Numbered from the stretch's first letter, positions 1 to 12,449 are shown. The stretch: DNA of 64,000 nt from Euglena gracilis (GCA_039621445.1 CP154954.1:3601715-3665714), one strand, 5' to 3'. Made by a program: numbers and translations. The notes: generated from the letters alone by a model not told the origin.

Positions 1-241
1 GCGCGACCGTGATTTTCTTGATAATTTGAGTGGATTGATTTTCTTCTTCTTTTCTCAATTGGTGAGGTATTTGAAGTTCCTGTCTTCTGGGTGACGAAGG
101 GCAAATTAGGAATCAGCCAACTCCGGCGAAAAAAGGCACTAGGCCGGACCTCCTAACCAAAGCGCACCAGAACAATCCACACAGCACCGCCGGCGAGCAA
201 GGCATGGCCTCACAAGGGCAAAGTGCGGAGCCCGAGGTGTC
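1..241 (-). mobile_element. Left end (left ITR 113-241 plus leader) of a second DIRS1-like element that runs off the window
   Basis: 1-241 is a near-identical direct repeat of 5463-5698, the left end of the main element. It begins GACACCTCGGG on the minus strand. Confidence 0.8.
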
Positions 242-260
242 GTACTTCGCCGTGGGTGTC

Positions 261-423
261 TCGTGCTCCCTCGAGGAAAACTGACAAGGGAGGAAGGGAC
301 ACCGAGGGCGAAGCACAAAGACCTTGTGAGACCATGCCTTGCTCGCCTGCGGTGTTGTTTGGATTGTTCTGGTGCGCTTGGTTAGGAGGTCCCGCTGAGT
401 GCTGCCTCGCTGGAGTTGGCTGA
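261..423 (-). repeat. DIRS right ITR plus right extension
   Basis: 322-423 is the reverse complement of 113-216 and 5569-5673. 261-321 is complementary to one half of the ICR. Confidence 0.8.
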
Positions 424-558
424 CGATGCTGCTCCGACAGGGCAACGTGGCTTCTTGACCCTGGGGGGTGTCCCCCCCCTCTCCACCCCCCGGCCCCCAC
501 TCTCTGACCGAGGGCTTTTGAACACAAATTTTCTTTTACGGGTGGGGGGGGGGTCGGA

Positions 559-649
559 CTCACAAGGTCTTTGTGCTTCGCCCTCGGTGTCCCTTCCTCC
601 TTTGTCTGGAGGGAGTACGAGACACCTCGGGCTCCGCACTTTGCCCTTG
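559..649 (-). promoter_or_regulatory. DIRS internal complementary region (ICR)
   Basis: Joins the right-end sequence (...gagggagtacga) to the left-end sequence (gacacctcggg...) at 620/621, reproducing the circle junction. Confidence 0.85.
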
Positions 650-714
650 AAAGGCCAGTTTGTGCACTGAAATTCGGTGAGCCAGGGCATTTTCCAGGGC
701 ACCTTGGGCACCAA

Positions 715-1600
715 GTCGTTGGTAGTTGGCTGTAAAAGCCTCCACCCCCCTCAATTGACCAATTTCACAAACTTGCTTGGGCAGAAAAGCCCAAGTTTTT
801 GAGTAAACCAACCCCTGCCCCCCTGGTTTTGTGGGCCCCCCACCTGGGGGGTTACCCTATGTTTGGCCAAAAAGTCTTTTGTGATGGAAGCAACGGTGTC
901 TGCACTTATGGCACTGAAGGGGGGGTTTTAATGAGATCAGAAGGGGGCTCTCAGGTCTGACGACTGAACATGTAGCAGCCACATAGCACATCATCAAGTC
1001 AAATGGGCTTATTTTGGGACACTGGGGAAAGGACACAACCCTTTCCCACTTATGGAATTTCTGTCCTTTACGCTTAATCGTGATGTAGGGTGCCCTACCC
1101 AACACACTGGTGGTTTGTTTCACTTGCGATAAGTCTGAGGATCGGTATAAACAGAAGATTCGTGAGCAAAAAATTAGCCGCGTACACAATGTACAAATAT
1201 CAGTGGGCATGAACGCCTTTGCCAGCCCCAGAATGATTGGGACGGGATCCCAAAATGCCCCATACTTCTCCACGTTTTGGTTCCAAAGCCTCTTGTAGGG
1301 GGTTAACAGAGCGTGGAATCTCAGCCCACCAAACCCAGGAATCAAAAGCATAGCACTGTAGGCATTGCGGGCTTGGGCCTTAGAAAACTGTAATAATCGT
1401 ATTAAAGCGTCAGCCACTTGGTCTGTGGTGGCTTCAGGGGGGGGGGAGGGCAAGCCCATGTGTTCCAAAAATACCCACAGAAGTGCACAAGCACTCTGAT
1501 AACGTTTTAACCTGGGGTTTATCCCCAGAAAACCGTTAATGGTCTCAACCTCAATTTGTTTACCCTCCAAAGTTTTGCGGAGGAAACCATGCAAACCAGG
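715..1600 (-). pseudogene. Tyrosine recombinase of the DIRS element (frameshifted)
   Basis: ORF 857-2053 contains CLYRSSDL and IKRKGQK. Shifted frames downstream give GAHKTRGAG (HxxR) and FTANY (catalytic Tyr region). Confidence 0.8.
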
Positions 1601-3460
1601 GGCCACCTGGGCGGTGGCATTTGCTCCACCCTGCATTTGGTGAACATGCCCCTGTAGGGGGTCATTTTCAGGCGGGGGGTCCCTGGAAATTTCATTTTTA
1701 TTGATTGTGCCCACCAGGTTGCTGGATCCCAGTAGGAGGTGACCATCAAAACTTTGGTTTGGGGAAAATTTTTCAACCTGGGTGGAAATTGTTGAATTAT
1801 TGACCAGGGGGAGTTTGCATAAAGATCCCCCATGTTGTCCAGTGGACAATGTAATGTATTTACAGCTGTGGCATCCCAGTGGGGCCACCTGGCTACAAAA
1901 TTTGGCAGTTTTTTGTTGCCTGTGGAGGCAAATAAATCTGTTTCCAGACTTTTGAAAATTTTGAACTGTTGTTTGAGCCATTGAAAAAGTTGGGGTTCTG
2001 AATAATAATCCCCCCTGTCCATTTCCCATCTGCCGATGGGGTCTGCTAGGCATTCTTTTGAAGGTACCCAGTTGACTTGGAGGTTTACTTGGTGCTCAAT
2101 GCGCCACTTGAAAAATGGTCTCAGAATTTTGTTGAAGGGGTCCTTTCTGCCCCCACCTTTTGTTAGGTAAAAGTAAATTACTTGGTTGTCCACTGACAAG
2201 GAAACGGTTTCACCAGGTTTGCTCAAACTTTTCACAGTGCTGATTGCTGCACTGAGCTTCTTTACATTCATGTGCAAAATTGAGTTTCTTTCTCCAAAAT
2301 TCCTGCACAATTTCTGCTGTGTGGATGTCTGCCCCCCCCCAGGCGTGGGTGCTGCTGTCTGAGTGCAACACTCTGCTTGCATTTTGGGGGAAGGGTCTGC
2401 CCCCCCAGGTGTCCAGCAGAATTTTTATTTCCCTTAATTGGGCTTTGATTTCCTGAGAAATGGGGTGTTTTGAGTCCCAGGGGGATGTGGCCTTTGCCAC
2501 CAAAAAAATTGCCAGGGTCTCCGTAAAAGCCCTTAAAAAGGGCAGGGCCATTAGGTTGCACCTTATTTGGCTCAAAATGGCGGCCAATTGCCTTTTTGAC
2601 ATGTAATCTTTTTTCACAGTTTTTCCCAGCTCCTTTTTTATGGTTTTGACTTTCTGGGGGGAACCTGTAGTTTTCCTTCCTGGAAGTTCAGTTGAAAAAC
2701 CAGATGGGTTACCACTTGGGTGGGCTGCAGGGTAGACTTTTTTCACATAGATTTTGAACCCAGAATCCAGCAAATCTTTGACAACTGTTTTCAGGTGACT
2801 TTGTTAATTGTTTTGGGTGGGGGCCACCAGCAAAATGTCGTCCAGGTAAATAAACACTTGGATGCCCCTTTTTCTCTACACCTTTTCGAATGATTTCATC
2901 ACTGACATTAAAATTTGTGGAATTACATTTAGCCCAAATCAGCCTCTTTGAAATTCCAGGACTGCCCCCCTACCTGATGCTTTAAAAATGACCTGAGGCC
3001 TGGACTTACTGGAATATGAAAACAGGCATCCTTTCGGTCTATTTTTGCTGCCCAGTGGCCTTTTTCCAAATATCATCCAGCTTGAAAGGTTTTACTTGAA
3101 ACTGATTTTTTTTTCTCTGCAGTCGCTGATGATTCTCCATTTGGTTGTTCCCCCTTCTGGTTTTGAAATTAAAAACCATGGGATCAAATACTGGGTTTGT
3201 GAATCCCAAACTCGTTTCACTGACCCAGTTTTTTCGTAATCCAGCAGAATTTTTTCTGCCATGTTCAGGTCCAAGTTGGATCTGGGTTTTGGGTGGGTGG
3301 ACAATTTTGGGGGATTCACCCAGGGTGGTTTAATTCCATTGTTTTTATCAATTGACATGTTGCTTGGGGGGCATTTTTTGTCCACCATTTTAGTCTTTTC
3401 TTGAAGTCTCTGGTACAAGGGGTGTCTCCCCATTTTCCTCCATGGAATGTATTTTGCCAA
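1519..3460 (-). pseudogene. DIRS pol: reverse transcriptase, RNase H and adenine-methyltransferase-like domain (frameshifted)
   Basis: RT: KIDRKDACFHIPV (~3040) and IQVFIYLDDILL (~2845). RNase H: LHSDSSTHAWGG, VDNQ, ADPIGR. MT: DLFASTGNKKL and YANSPW (NPPW-like). Confidence 0.88.
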
Positions 3461-3576
3461 CTAGCTGATTTTCTGGGTGCTGGGTTGGGGGTGTTGGACA
3501 TTGCACCGCTGGTGTCCCTGGGGATTGAGCATTCTCTAAAGGTGGCTTGGTGGGTGTGCACGCTCTTCTCACAGGT

Positions 3577-5370
3577 TCACTGATCCTCCACTTTGTCATT
3601 GGTGTTGTCGATTGACATACCATAGGGGTCCCTTTTTGGGTCTCCCGCTGGTTTTGGTTTGCCCCTGCCATGGGCATTGACAGAGAATGTTGAGGGGGGG
3701 TTGCCCCCTTGTCCTCCACTGCCCCTTTGGGGGCATCCTCCTGGGGCTGCCACCGTACATTGAAACCCCCTGCTGGGGGACAGCCTGTTAGAGTCTGCGG
3801 TTTTCCCCCTTCTGATAATTGATGGCCCCAGAGGCCTTGAAATTGTTGATGTTGTTGATGATAAATCTGGCCCCCTGGCCCTCTTGATGTTGGCTCCACT
3901 CTTAAAATTTTGATAGTCCCCATTAACTTCTTTTGGATGTTGGGTGCCATGCCCATTGAAAATCTTGGGGGACCACTGGCGGCCCATCATGTACCCCTGA
4001 TGGGGTTTGAGATAAAGAAATGATTGGGGTGTTGTTGACCTGTCCTGGCCCTGCCACTGGGCCTCTGTTTGTGGAATTTGGCCACCCTGGCCTTGGTATT
4101 GTTGGCCACCCTGGCCTTTGTTCCATCGGCCGCCATGGCCATTGCTGTTTTGGCCGCCATGGCCCAGCTTGCCATTGTGGCCGTCATTACCCAGCTTGCT
4201 ATTGTGGCCGCCATGGCCCAGCTTGAACAAGGTATTGGTGTAACTGGCAGAATGTTGGACACCTCGGGCTCCGCACTTTGCCATTGTGAGGCCATGCCTT
4301 GCTCGCCGGCGGTTTGTTGTGTGATTGTTCGCTGCGCTGGGTTAGGAGGTCCCGCTTAGTGCCTTTTTTCGCCGGTGTTGGCTGATTCTTAACTTGCCCT
4401 TCGATACCCAGAAGAAAGGAACAGAGTCAACGAACGAAGAAGAACCAAGAAAAGAAGTCAATATCAATTCAATATCCAGAAGGACACGAACCAGACGAAT
4501 ATCAACTCAAAAGTCAATTATCAAATTTCAAGTTTGACTTCAGTGAGCAATGCAGTTGAGAAGAAATTGGAATTTCATGGCCGCGGACGTCTTGGAGCAG
4601 AGGCCGCAGCAGCAGCTGGAGAACTTGGAGATGCGGACGACACGTGGCAAACCGTGGCCGTTCTTCCCACCCAGACCCCCACCCCAGAAATTTCCCACAA
4701 AAACCTCCCCAGTGACGGCCACGGTCCTTGGACCACTGTGGCCAGAAGGTCCAGAAAACAGAAGTCAGCCCAAGCCCTCAGTGGGCAAAGGATGGGCCAT
4801 GGAGGCCCAAAATACTTCAGCATTGGACATCCAAAGCTCACAAATCAGGGGCTTTTCCCCCAAGCCTGTACACAATTTGGCCAAAGGCTGGGGAGATGGA
4901 ATCAAGGCCAAGAAGGTCAACATTACAGGGGCCATGGGGGCCAATTTTACAAGCAAATCCCCTCAGGAAGGGGCAGAAAAGGTCTGTCAAACCCCCCCCA
5001 ATTCATCTTACACAACAACCCCTGTCAAAGGGAAAAGGGGGGTCTTTGTGCTTCGCCCTCGGTGTCCCTTCCTCCCTTTTCGGCTTGCCTCGAGGGGGTA
5101 CGAGCCTCAATGGCCCTGGCTCCAATGGCCGTAGTGGCCTGCTGGTCGTTGTTTCTTCCCCGTTCAGGGTCTTCCGACCACCGTCTGCCAGGGTCCGTGG
5201 CCATCACTTGGGAGGGTTTGAGTTCTGGAAATTTCTGTGGGGGAAATGTCTTTTGGGGTAGGGGCAACCACGGTCCGCCACAGTTGACCCGCGCCTTCAG
5301 GTTGTCCAGCTGCTGCTGCTGCTTCCTCTTGAAGTACTCCAGGGCTTTGCTTCTTTGAAGTTGCATCTTT
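3577..5370 (-). pseudogene. gag-like ORF of the DIRS element, interrupted by a nested insertion at 4258-5103
   Basis: G/Q/H-rich ORF 3577-4284 joins the 5104-5370 segment once the insertion is removed. The joined sequence is homologous to the ORF in the nested copy. Confidence 0.55.
4258..5103 (+). mobile_element. Internally deleted DIRS copy inserted in the opposite orientation
   Basis: Starts gacacctcggg (left ITR), carries a diverged gag 5' part (EAAAAAG...SDGHGPW...GRWNQGQ) and ends gagggggtacga. The flanks rejoin as gttg|gcctc with no TSD. Confidence 0.75.
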
Positions 5371-5377
5371 CATTGAA

Positions 5378-5426
5378 GCCCTCGGTGTCCCTTCCTCCCT
5401 TGTCGTTTTTACTCGAGGGAGTACGA
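5378..5426 (+). mobile_element. 49-bp isolated DIRS right-terminus fragment
   Basis: gccctcggtgtcccttcctccc...gagggagtacga matches the reverse complement of 261-311. It is absent from the homologous position of the nested copy. Confidence 0.7.
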
Positions 5427-6329
5427 TTTCGAAAAGTTCAACAACTTTTGATGTGAAGATCTGCGCGACTTTCTTGATAATTTGAGTGGATTGATTGTCT
5501 TCTTCTTTTCTCAATTGGTGAGGTATTTGAAGTTCCTGTCTTCTGGGTGTCGAAGGGCAAATTAGGAATCAGCCAACTCCGGCGAAAAAAAGGCACTAAG
5601 CGGGACCTTCTAACCAAAGCGCACCAGAGCAATCCACACAGCACCGCCGGCGAGCAAGGCATGGCCTCACAAGGGCAAAGTGCGGAACCCGAGGTGTCCC
5701 TTCCTCCCTTTTGCGGTTTGCCAGCAGGTCACAATCCGCAAAACAAACCGCTGGCGAGCCCGGGCAAAATATTGAGCCCGCAGCGGGCCCGAGGTGTCCG
5801 AAGCGAAAATTGGCCCCGGGAAGGGAAGAAGAAGCATTTTTCTTGATGTCCGAATTTCTTTGATTTGATTCCTTTTTTGACCATTTTCTTGACTTGACTT
5901 TTCGGACCTCAAAAAATGGTCAACACCGAACACAAAACTGCACAGCTGTTGCTGTGCAAGCATCACGGCCATACTGACGATATGAGCAGCAACTTGGGGC
6001 TGTGGTGGACAGCAGGTGGGAGGGAGGAGAGACTTTTGGGGACAACAAAGGTGCTTGCCCGCACCTTTTGGAGGGGGAGGGGGACAGGAAAAGGTCCGGA
6101 AGTGTTGTCGAATCTGAGATTAAACCGGAACACGGGGCAGCGGGTGTTGATGAACTTACAGCTGCGGTGCTCACCTCGGGCAACTGGATGCGGACACCAA
6201 TGCAAATTGCAACACCTTTCCCTCCGCTCTTTCGTGCAAGACATAACACCATGGAAACATCCTTGTTTTCTTATCCCAGCCCCACCATCCAGAACAAACG
6301 GGTTTAAACCCCCATTTATATTAATGGTA

Positions 6330-6460
6330 ATTTTATATATATTATTTGGTTAATATTTATAATATATACATATATATATGATATATATGATATATATAAT
6401 GGAAATATACTATATATACATGATAACATATATCACACATAATATATAATATTATATTTC
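6330..6460. repeat. Degenerate (TA)n AT-rich microsatellite
   Basis: Seen directly. Confidence 0.85.
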
Positions 6461-8133
6461 CCCGTTGTTTTTTATCCCTCCCCCGGGCTCCCCAAAGGGG
6501 AAAATGATGAAGAAACAACCAAAACGTGCCAAAAGTCACAGAAAAAAGGAGGGAATAAAAAGTGACAGGATTCGAGTGATAACTTTTGGATTTCAAAAAA
6601 ATCATAAAAATTCTCAAAGTACCTTATATACTTCGCTTGCAGCAAGGTCAGCATTTTTTGGACCCCTTCTGGGTGCACACTAAGCCTGAACTTATAACCC
6701 TTGAGCACCAATAACCGTATTACCATGAACACACCATCAGCACTGCTTGAAATGCAAAACAAACCACGGTAAATGACACCGGGTTGTTTGCACCATGCTG
6801 AACCATGGGTGCACCACAATCAGGAGGAAACATTTGAGGTGCACATATATTTTTATTAACTTCGCAGAAAACTGAAACAAAAACGAAATCGTGCAAAGCA
6901 ATTTCAAAAAAAATAATACAATGTGACGTCCCTGATTCGAGCAAGGGGCATTTACATTTTACTTCACCCTAAATGACTCGGTGTTGGGAAATGACTCTCC
7001 GGAACAATCAACCCCGGCAGGCATGCTTGCGTTGTGGTCCGGCGCACGACAACTCTTGACGGCCAGGTGGGGTGGCAGCCAAGAGTCACGACGGGAGATG
7101 CTGCCCCTTTCCCGGCAGGCCTTGCCCCGGGTCGGCCCGGGAGGCCTGCTGGGGCCCGGTGGCCCAAAGGGTCGGCATGAGGGTTTGATGTGAGGCAGGT
7201 GGGGGGAGTTGCCCCTCCCCCTCGGTCAGGGGGAATACCATATGGTCACTTTCCACTTTCAAAAAAAAAACTCACTTTCGAAAAGCAGTCGCTCACTTCC
7301 GACGCCGACCAGGGGGAAGGGTCCTCCACTGTTAGCCAAAATGGCTCAAAATCAATAGACTTTGGGCCGTAGTCAAATGAAATCCGAAAGACGCCGGGGA
7401 GGGGGAGGGCGCTGTTGGCCAGTCCTGGCCGAAACCCACCTCGGAGGGGGGGAGAGCCAATAATCAGTCAGTCACATGGAAGAGACCATCCCAGATATTT
7501 CGGCTTATTTCGGGTGGGTTTTGGGTGGGTGGGTGGTGGGTGGGTGGATTGACTCCCGGGGGGGGGGGGGAGGTCGTGGGGGGGGGGGGCAGGTTTCTTC
7601 GAGAGAGAAAAAAAGTGTGTGAGCTTGGCCTGGGAAAAGTTCCCCAAAGGGGTCACAAGTGGATCTATATCACACACCGATGGTGCACCCGGAGGGGGGG
7701 TGGGTCCAGCGGTTCCAACCCACCCACCAATTCTGGAAATCCCCCCCGGGGAGTGGGTCACACGAGTCTTAAGTGAATCAATGATGTGGGGTCAGAAATA
7801 CATCAAAAAATGGTATGGGGTGGCTGCCCCCCACCTGAAGCCGGGACTCCCTCCTTATGTCACTGATATCAAACTCTGGTCCACATGTTCTACGCTGGCC
7901 TCACATCTCAACATCTCAGATGGGAGAATCGGGCTGTGGAGAGTCGGCAACGTGCTGCGAAAGCCTCCGAGGAGACACACCATTGCACCATTAGGAATGA
8001 ATGGAGATGAAATCTAGGAAAGTATGTTGTGAGGATTCCCTTAATAAAACAAACGGGGATCCATCTGTGAACTCTTTCAAACACATCAAGCCATAACTTA
8101 TGAACCCCATTCACATCGACACCACAGCCCTCC

Positions 8134-10320
8134 TCACCAAACCAGGGCCAATATTCCCTTCAGGAATATAGGAATGGGAAAGAAGCCGCCACGTCCAGCA
8201 CCAAGCCCGGGGGGGGGGGGGGGGGAATGAAAATTCTGTTCTTTGGACCAAAGCATCTCTGTTTCAACTGTTTCCACTGTTTCCAATGCTTCATGGAAAA
8301 TACCCCCACATTTGTAACCGCCGAAATACCTGTGTTTTCATAGTTTCGCTCGCTGTCCATTTCAAAACTGATTTGGCTGTCCCACCAGAGGATCACCGTC
8401 AAATAACGGCAGGCAGAATTGCATCAGCCTCAATTGAATCAGATGTCTAGCCCGAGATATGGCCAATTTACAGTTTCTGGCCCGAATAGACCTGAAATGG
8501 GCAAAACTGGCAAAACTGGCCCAAAACCACAAAACGACCATATCTCGGACCCAGCGGAGTTGGCCCAAACCGCGCATACCAATCGATAGGGAAAAACAGG
8601 CTTCGCACGCGGCCGCACGGCGGGACATCGAGGGTGGAGCAATACGTATAGGGATAGGAAGGGCCGCACCTCCTCCTGCCTGAGGCCGGCCAGTCGGGCA
8701 TGGGCCTTGGTCGGCTGGTATTCAAAATAGGACATGAGTAGACCACGCCTGTGCTTACCGACCGGGGGGGGGGGGTGCCTGCCTCCCCGGGGGGGTCTGG
8801 GGGACCAAGAAAATTGTCATTTAAAATGGCCTTTTCCAGGCCCCTGGCGCCTTTGGCGCCGGGGTCGGAGGGGGGTGCCTGCTATGGGCAGGCACCTCCC
8901 CAAAACCCTCCCCCCAGGGAGGGGGGTCGGATGGGGTGCTATAGGGTGCCTGCCCCTAGCACCCCCCATGGGGTAGGCACCCGACTAAGCACATGGTCCA
9001 GTGGGTGGGGGGTGGGGCACAGCGAAAAATTCACCCAATTGTGATATCTCCCTGGAAAAAAATGGAACCTGCACTCGCGTCAATGGGGAGGGGGGGGGGG
9101 TTGCTAGTTGGTACACCAATTTTGCAATACCTCCCAGCCACAATGAAATTTTGGCATTCCAACTGCTCCTCATCTGCACAGAAAATGTACGGAAAACTTC
9201 CAGAAAGATGACCTCGAAAAACTGGACCAGGGGTTCGCTTTGAGATGCTCAGACCGAGGGGGGTGATTAAATTGTCTGTCGTCTCTGGGGGTTTTGAAGC
9301 TGACCCTGTTTTTTGTCTCTTTCAGGCAAGGTTTACGACATCAAAAACCCAGACACAGACATTTGAACACAAGAAACGAGCGAGATTGCGAAAGAGATGC
9401 CGATTGCTTTTTTTTTTACCATTGAGACACTTGTGGTGAAGGTATATGCACTGTGCACTTGATCCATGAAGCGAGTCCATGAGCGATGCCCTTCCGAAGA
9501 AGGCGGGAGCAGGTCGGGGCAAAACAACAACCACAGTGACAGGTTACGACGGGATTTGATGAGGAACGGCGCTCCCCCGGCAGCTGTTCCCAGCATGTCG
9601 GCACCGGGGTGCCTTGGACTCTGGGATGCCTTTCCACACAAATACACCTGTCTCCCCCCTGGTCGTTTTTTTTAGGCCCTGGCTGGTCCAGCCAAGGCAC
9701 ATACGCTTACATAAGCCATTCTCTGCCCCCGGTGACACACCCCAAAGACCCCTGAGGGTTGATCCCCCCCCTGCCTGACCATGGCACCAACCAACCTAGG
9801 GGGAAGGGGCCACACGATGTTTTACCGACCCGGGGTGGGTGGCGTCACTTCCACTATTTCAAAAACCAGTCAGTCACTTTCCAGAAAAACAGTCAGTCAC
9901 TACCCTACCCCCCAGGGGGGAGGTAGGCCACTCTGGAATACAATGGGAAATTTGACGACAAACGTGGAAAAAAAGCAAAAAATTTCCAGCGCCTTCGGAA
10001 GTGGGTCACTTTTGCGGGTTTTTTTGCCGATCCCCCCCCCAGGGGGAGGAGGTCTGGGCCAAAACCACTCAGTCACTCTGAAAAAAAACTAGTCACCATC
10101 TTCGGGGGTTGGCCAGCAGGCATCAGCCGCCTTAAAAACCTTAAAATACCTTTAAAAGCGCCTTAATTTTTTGGCCAAAATGCCTTAAAATGCCTTATAA
10201 CGCTTTCCTGCCTTAACGGACGGGCAGAATTCTCTCCAGAACAAAAACAAAATTGCAAAATCTCGGCAACAACTAGCCAACGCCGTGAAGAAAAATCATT
10301 TCTGGCATCGTTGTTCTCAC
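8134..10320 (-). CDS. Putative 3' part of a multi-exon gene of unknown product
   Basis: Candidate exons at ~10279-10330, ~9456-9575, ~9130-9173, ~8686-8748, ~8383-8404 and 8134-8190. One join reads ...EEQLECQNFIVAGRRGLLMSYFEYQPTKAHARLAGFDGDPLVGGFFPIPIFLKGILALVW*. Exon phases are ambiguous. Confidence 0.3.
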
Positions 10321-11805
10321 TGGCTTGTCAGTTGGCAGTTTCCTGGGGGGGGGGGGAAGATACCCCCCCAAATTTAAACAACCCATTTCAGCCAAACTGC
10401 CCAAAGGGTTGCTTAAGTTCTTCACAAGACAGGCCAGAAGGTCACTGAAATTTGGACCAAATGGTCCAAAGAGAAGTTCCCAGCGTGAAATTGAGCCAGT
10501 CATCCAAGGGACAGGTTACCCCACACTGGGACATCTGAAACCCCCCCCCAAATTTGAGCAACCCCCTGGGAACCAGGGCAACACTCAAATTGAAGCCACC
10601 CCGGAAAAATGTTAAAAAAAATTGAAGAGGGAAGATTTAAAAATTCTCCAAAAATGTGCCTCCTTCCTGCAGTGGGAAAGGGGGCATTTTTTTTGCTCTC
10701 AAAAATATTGCCAAAAAAATTGCAGAAAAATTGTGGAAATTGTGGGATATTGCGGGAAATGGCATCGGGAATGCATTCATTTCAACTGGAGAGGAATTGG
10801 AAAAAATCAGCCCTCAATTCTCTTCATTTTGCAACATTCATGGATGTTTTGAGTTGTCATTCCAATGAAAAGGGCCAAAACATGATTTTGTTGTTTTGGG
10901 AACATGCTATTCCAAACTATGGGTAGGTTGCCCCCCCCAAAAAACAAGCAGAAAAAAATGAGGAAAATGTGGTCTCAAGGAAAAATCTGGTTCAAACGAG
11001 AAAAAAAATTCTGAGTATAAATTTTTTTTTCAGCAGAACTCAAGGGGGAAAAATAACAAAACTGCCAAAATTGGCGGATTCTGTCAAAATTTGGGGGGGG
11101 GGATGGAGAAAAAAATGAACAGCTGGAAAACAACAAGCCTGCAGTATCTGAGAAACTGTCAGATCTCAGAAAGTTCTATTAATCTCAGAAAGTACTATTA
11201 ATGTAAACCCCCCTTGCCGGAAGCAAGGTGGCGAATGCCAGGGGAAAACACTGGCTGGAGGGGGACAGTTGCTGGGGAAGGTGGGAGCTCGACAATTGTT
11301 CAAGGAGAAGTCTGGGCCAAATGCCTCATTAGGGGGGATTAGGGGGGTGCACATGCAGTGGAGGAGCACAGAATCCCACTGGACGGCCTTCGGGGGAGAA
11401 ACAAGTCCGAGCGGGGAACCGCTGGAGTTGGGGCCAGTTTGGAGATGGAAGGTTTGGATTTTGAAAGCTACCAAGTTTGTGGAAACCTCGCGTTAAATGT
11501 TTCTGAGACGCTCCCAAAAACACCTCTTGTTCTGCCGGTTAAAAAAAAAGATGGTTGGGGGAAAAAGAAAATCGAGAAATGCCTCCTCCCCAAGTGGAAG
11601 GTTTCCTGGGTTGGTACCCAGGAAGTTGTCAGCTTGGGCCTAGCCCTCTTCCTGACGTTCTTGGCGTAAAACTTTCACAGTGGGCCCAAATGACAGCCCT
11701 AAACTTTTCCTTCAATAACCCTTAGAACCTGTTAGCTGGTTTCAGAAAAAGGATCACATCCCATGCCAGTAATCCATTTTGTTACCCTCCCCCCAATTGG
11801 AAAGA

Positions 11806-12449
11806 GTAACCCCCCCCCACAAATAAAAGTTCCCCCCTAAATATAAAGCCCCCCCTGACGTGGAGTGGAGCCATTCAAGAAAAAATAGAAAAATTTTGGG
11901 AGGATGTATTTTTTTTTATTCACCAGAGATGCTCCATTTTGAATAAGAATTTCACGTTTCTGCAAAGAAAAACAAGAGGTACACAACAAATTTGGCATAA
12001 AATTGGTGTTTACAATTGAAAGCCCAGAGGTCATAGAGGCCACCCGAAAACGTTTGATCCCCCCCAAATATAAAGCCCCCCCCCCCAATTGAAATACCTA
12101 CCCCCCCCCCCGGGAAACTGTCATGCCCGAGAACCTGTCAGGGTCCCGCCCGGGAAACTGTCAGGGTCCCAGGTACCGGCCAACCTGTCAGTATAGGAAG
12201 CTGTCAGGGTCCCCGGTACCGGCCAACCTGTCAGGGTCATTTTTCATTGACTTTCCCTTGAAATGCCCTACCTGGGAAACTGTCAGGGTCCCGCCCGGGA
12301 AACTGTCAGGGTCCCCGGTACTGGCCAACCTGTCAGTATAGGAAGTTGTCAGGGTCCCCGGTACTGGCCAACCTGTCAGGTGACAGTTTCCCGGGGGGGG
12401 GGGTATCGTCCTATATAAAGCCGGGTGGCTTTATATTTGGGGGGTTTAC
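11806..12449. mobile_element. MITE-like element with GTAA(A)CCCC...GGGGTTTAC ends and AAATATAAAGCC subterminal repeats
   Basis: Motif at 11838, 12066 and 12413, and inverted at 12427. Contains the nested MITE 12101-12403. Confidence 0.5.
12101..12403. mobile_element. MITE with C11-GGGAAACTGTCA TIRs and TA TSD
   Basis: Inverted termini flanked by TA, with internal CTGTCAGGGTCCC repeats. A reverse-complement copy lies at 23597-23885. Confidence 0.75.

Larger units (their letters stand above)
261..5698 (-). mobile_element. DIRS1-like tyrosine-recombinase retrotransposon, full length but decayed
   Basis: Order on the minus strand: left ITR 5569-5698, gag-like, RT (YLDD), RNase H, methyltransferase, YR, ICR 559-649, right ITR plus extension 261-423. 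Multiple frameshifts. Confidence 0.9.

Noticed and set aside
857-2382. Prophage or integron (integrase plus Dam methylase)
   Set aside because: The domains overlap RT/RNase H and sit inside ITR/ICR ends, which is DIRS architecture.
1-5698. LTR retrotransposon, suggested by the direct repeats 1-241 and 5463-5698
   Set aside because: These are left ends of two tandem DIRS copies; there are no TG...CA ends and no DDE integrase.
5916-7200. Short ORFs at 5916-6353 and 6964-7193 as genes
   Set aside because: No recognisable motif and no convincing splice partners.
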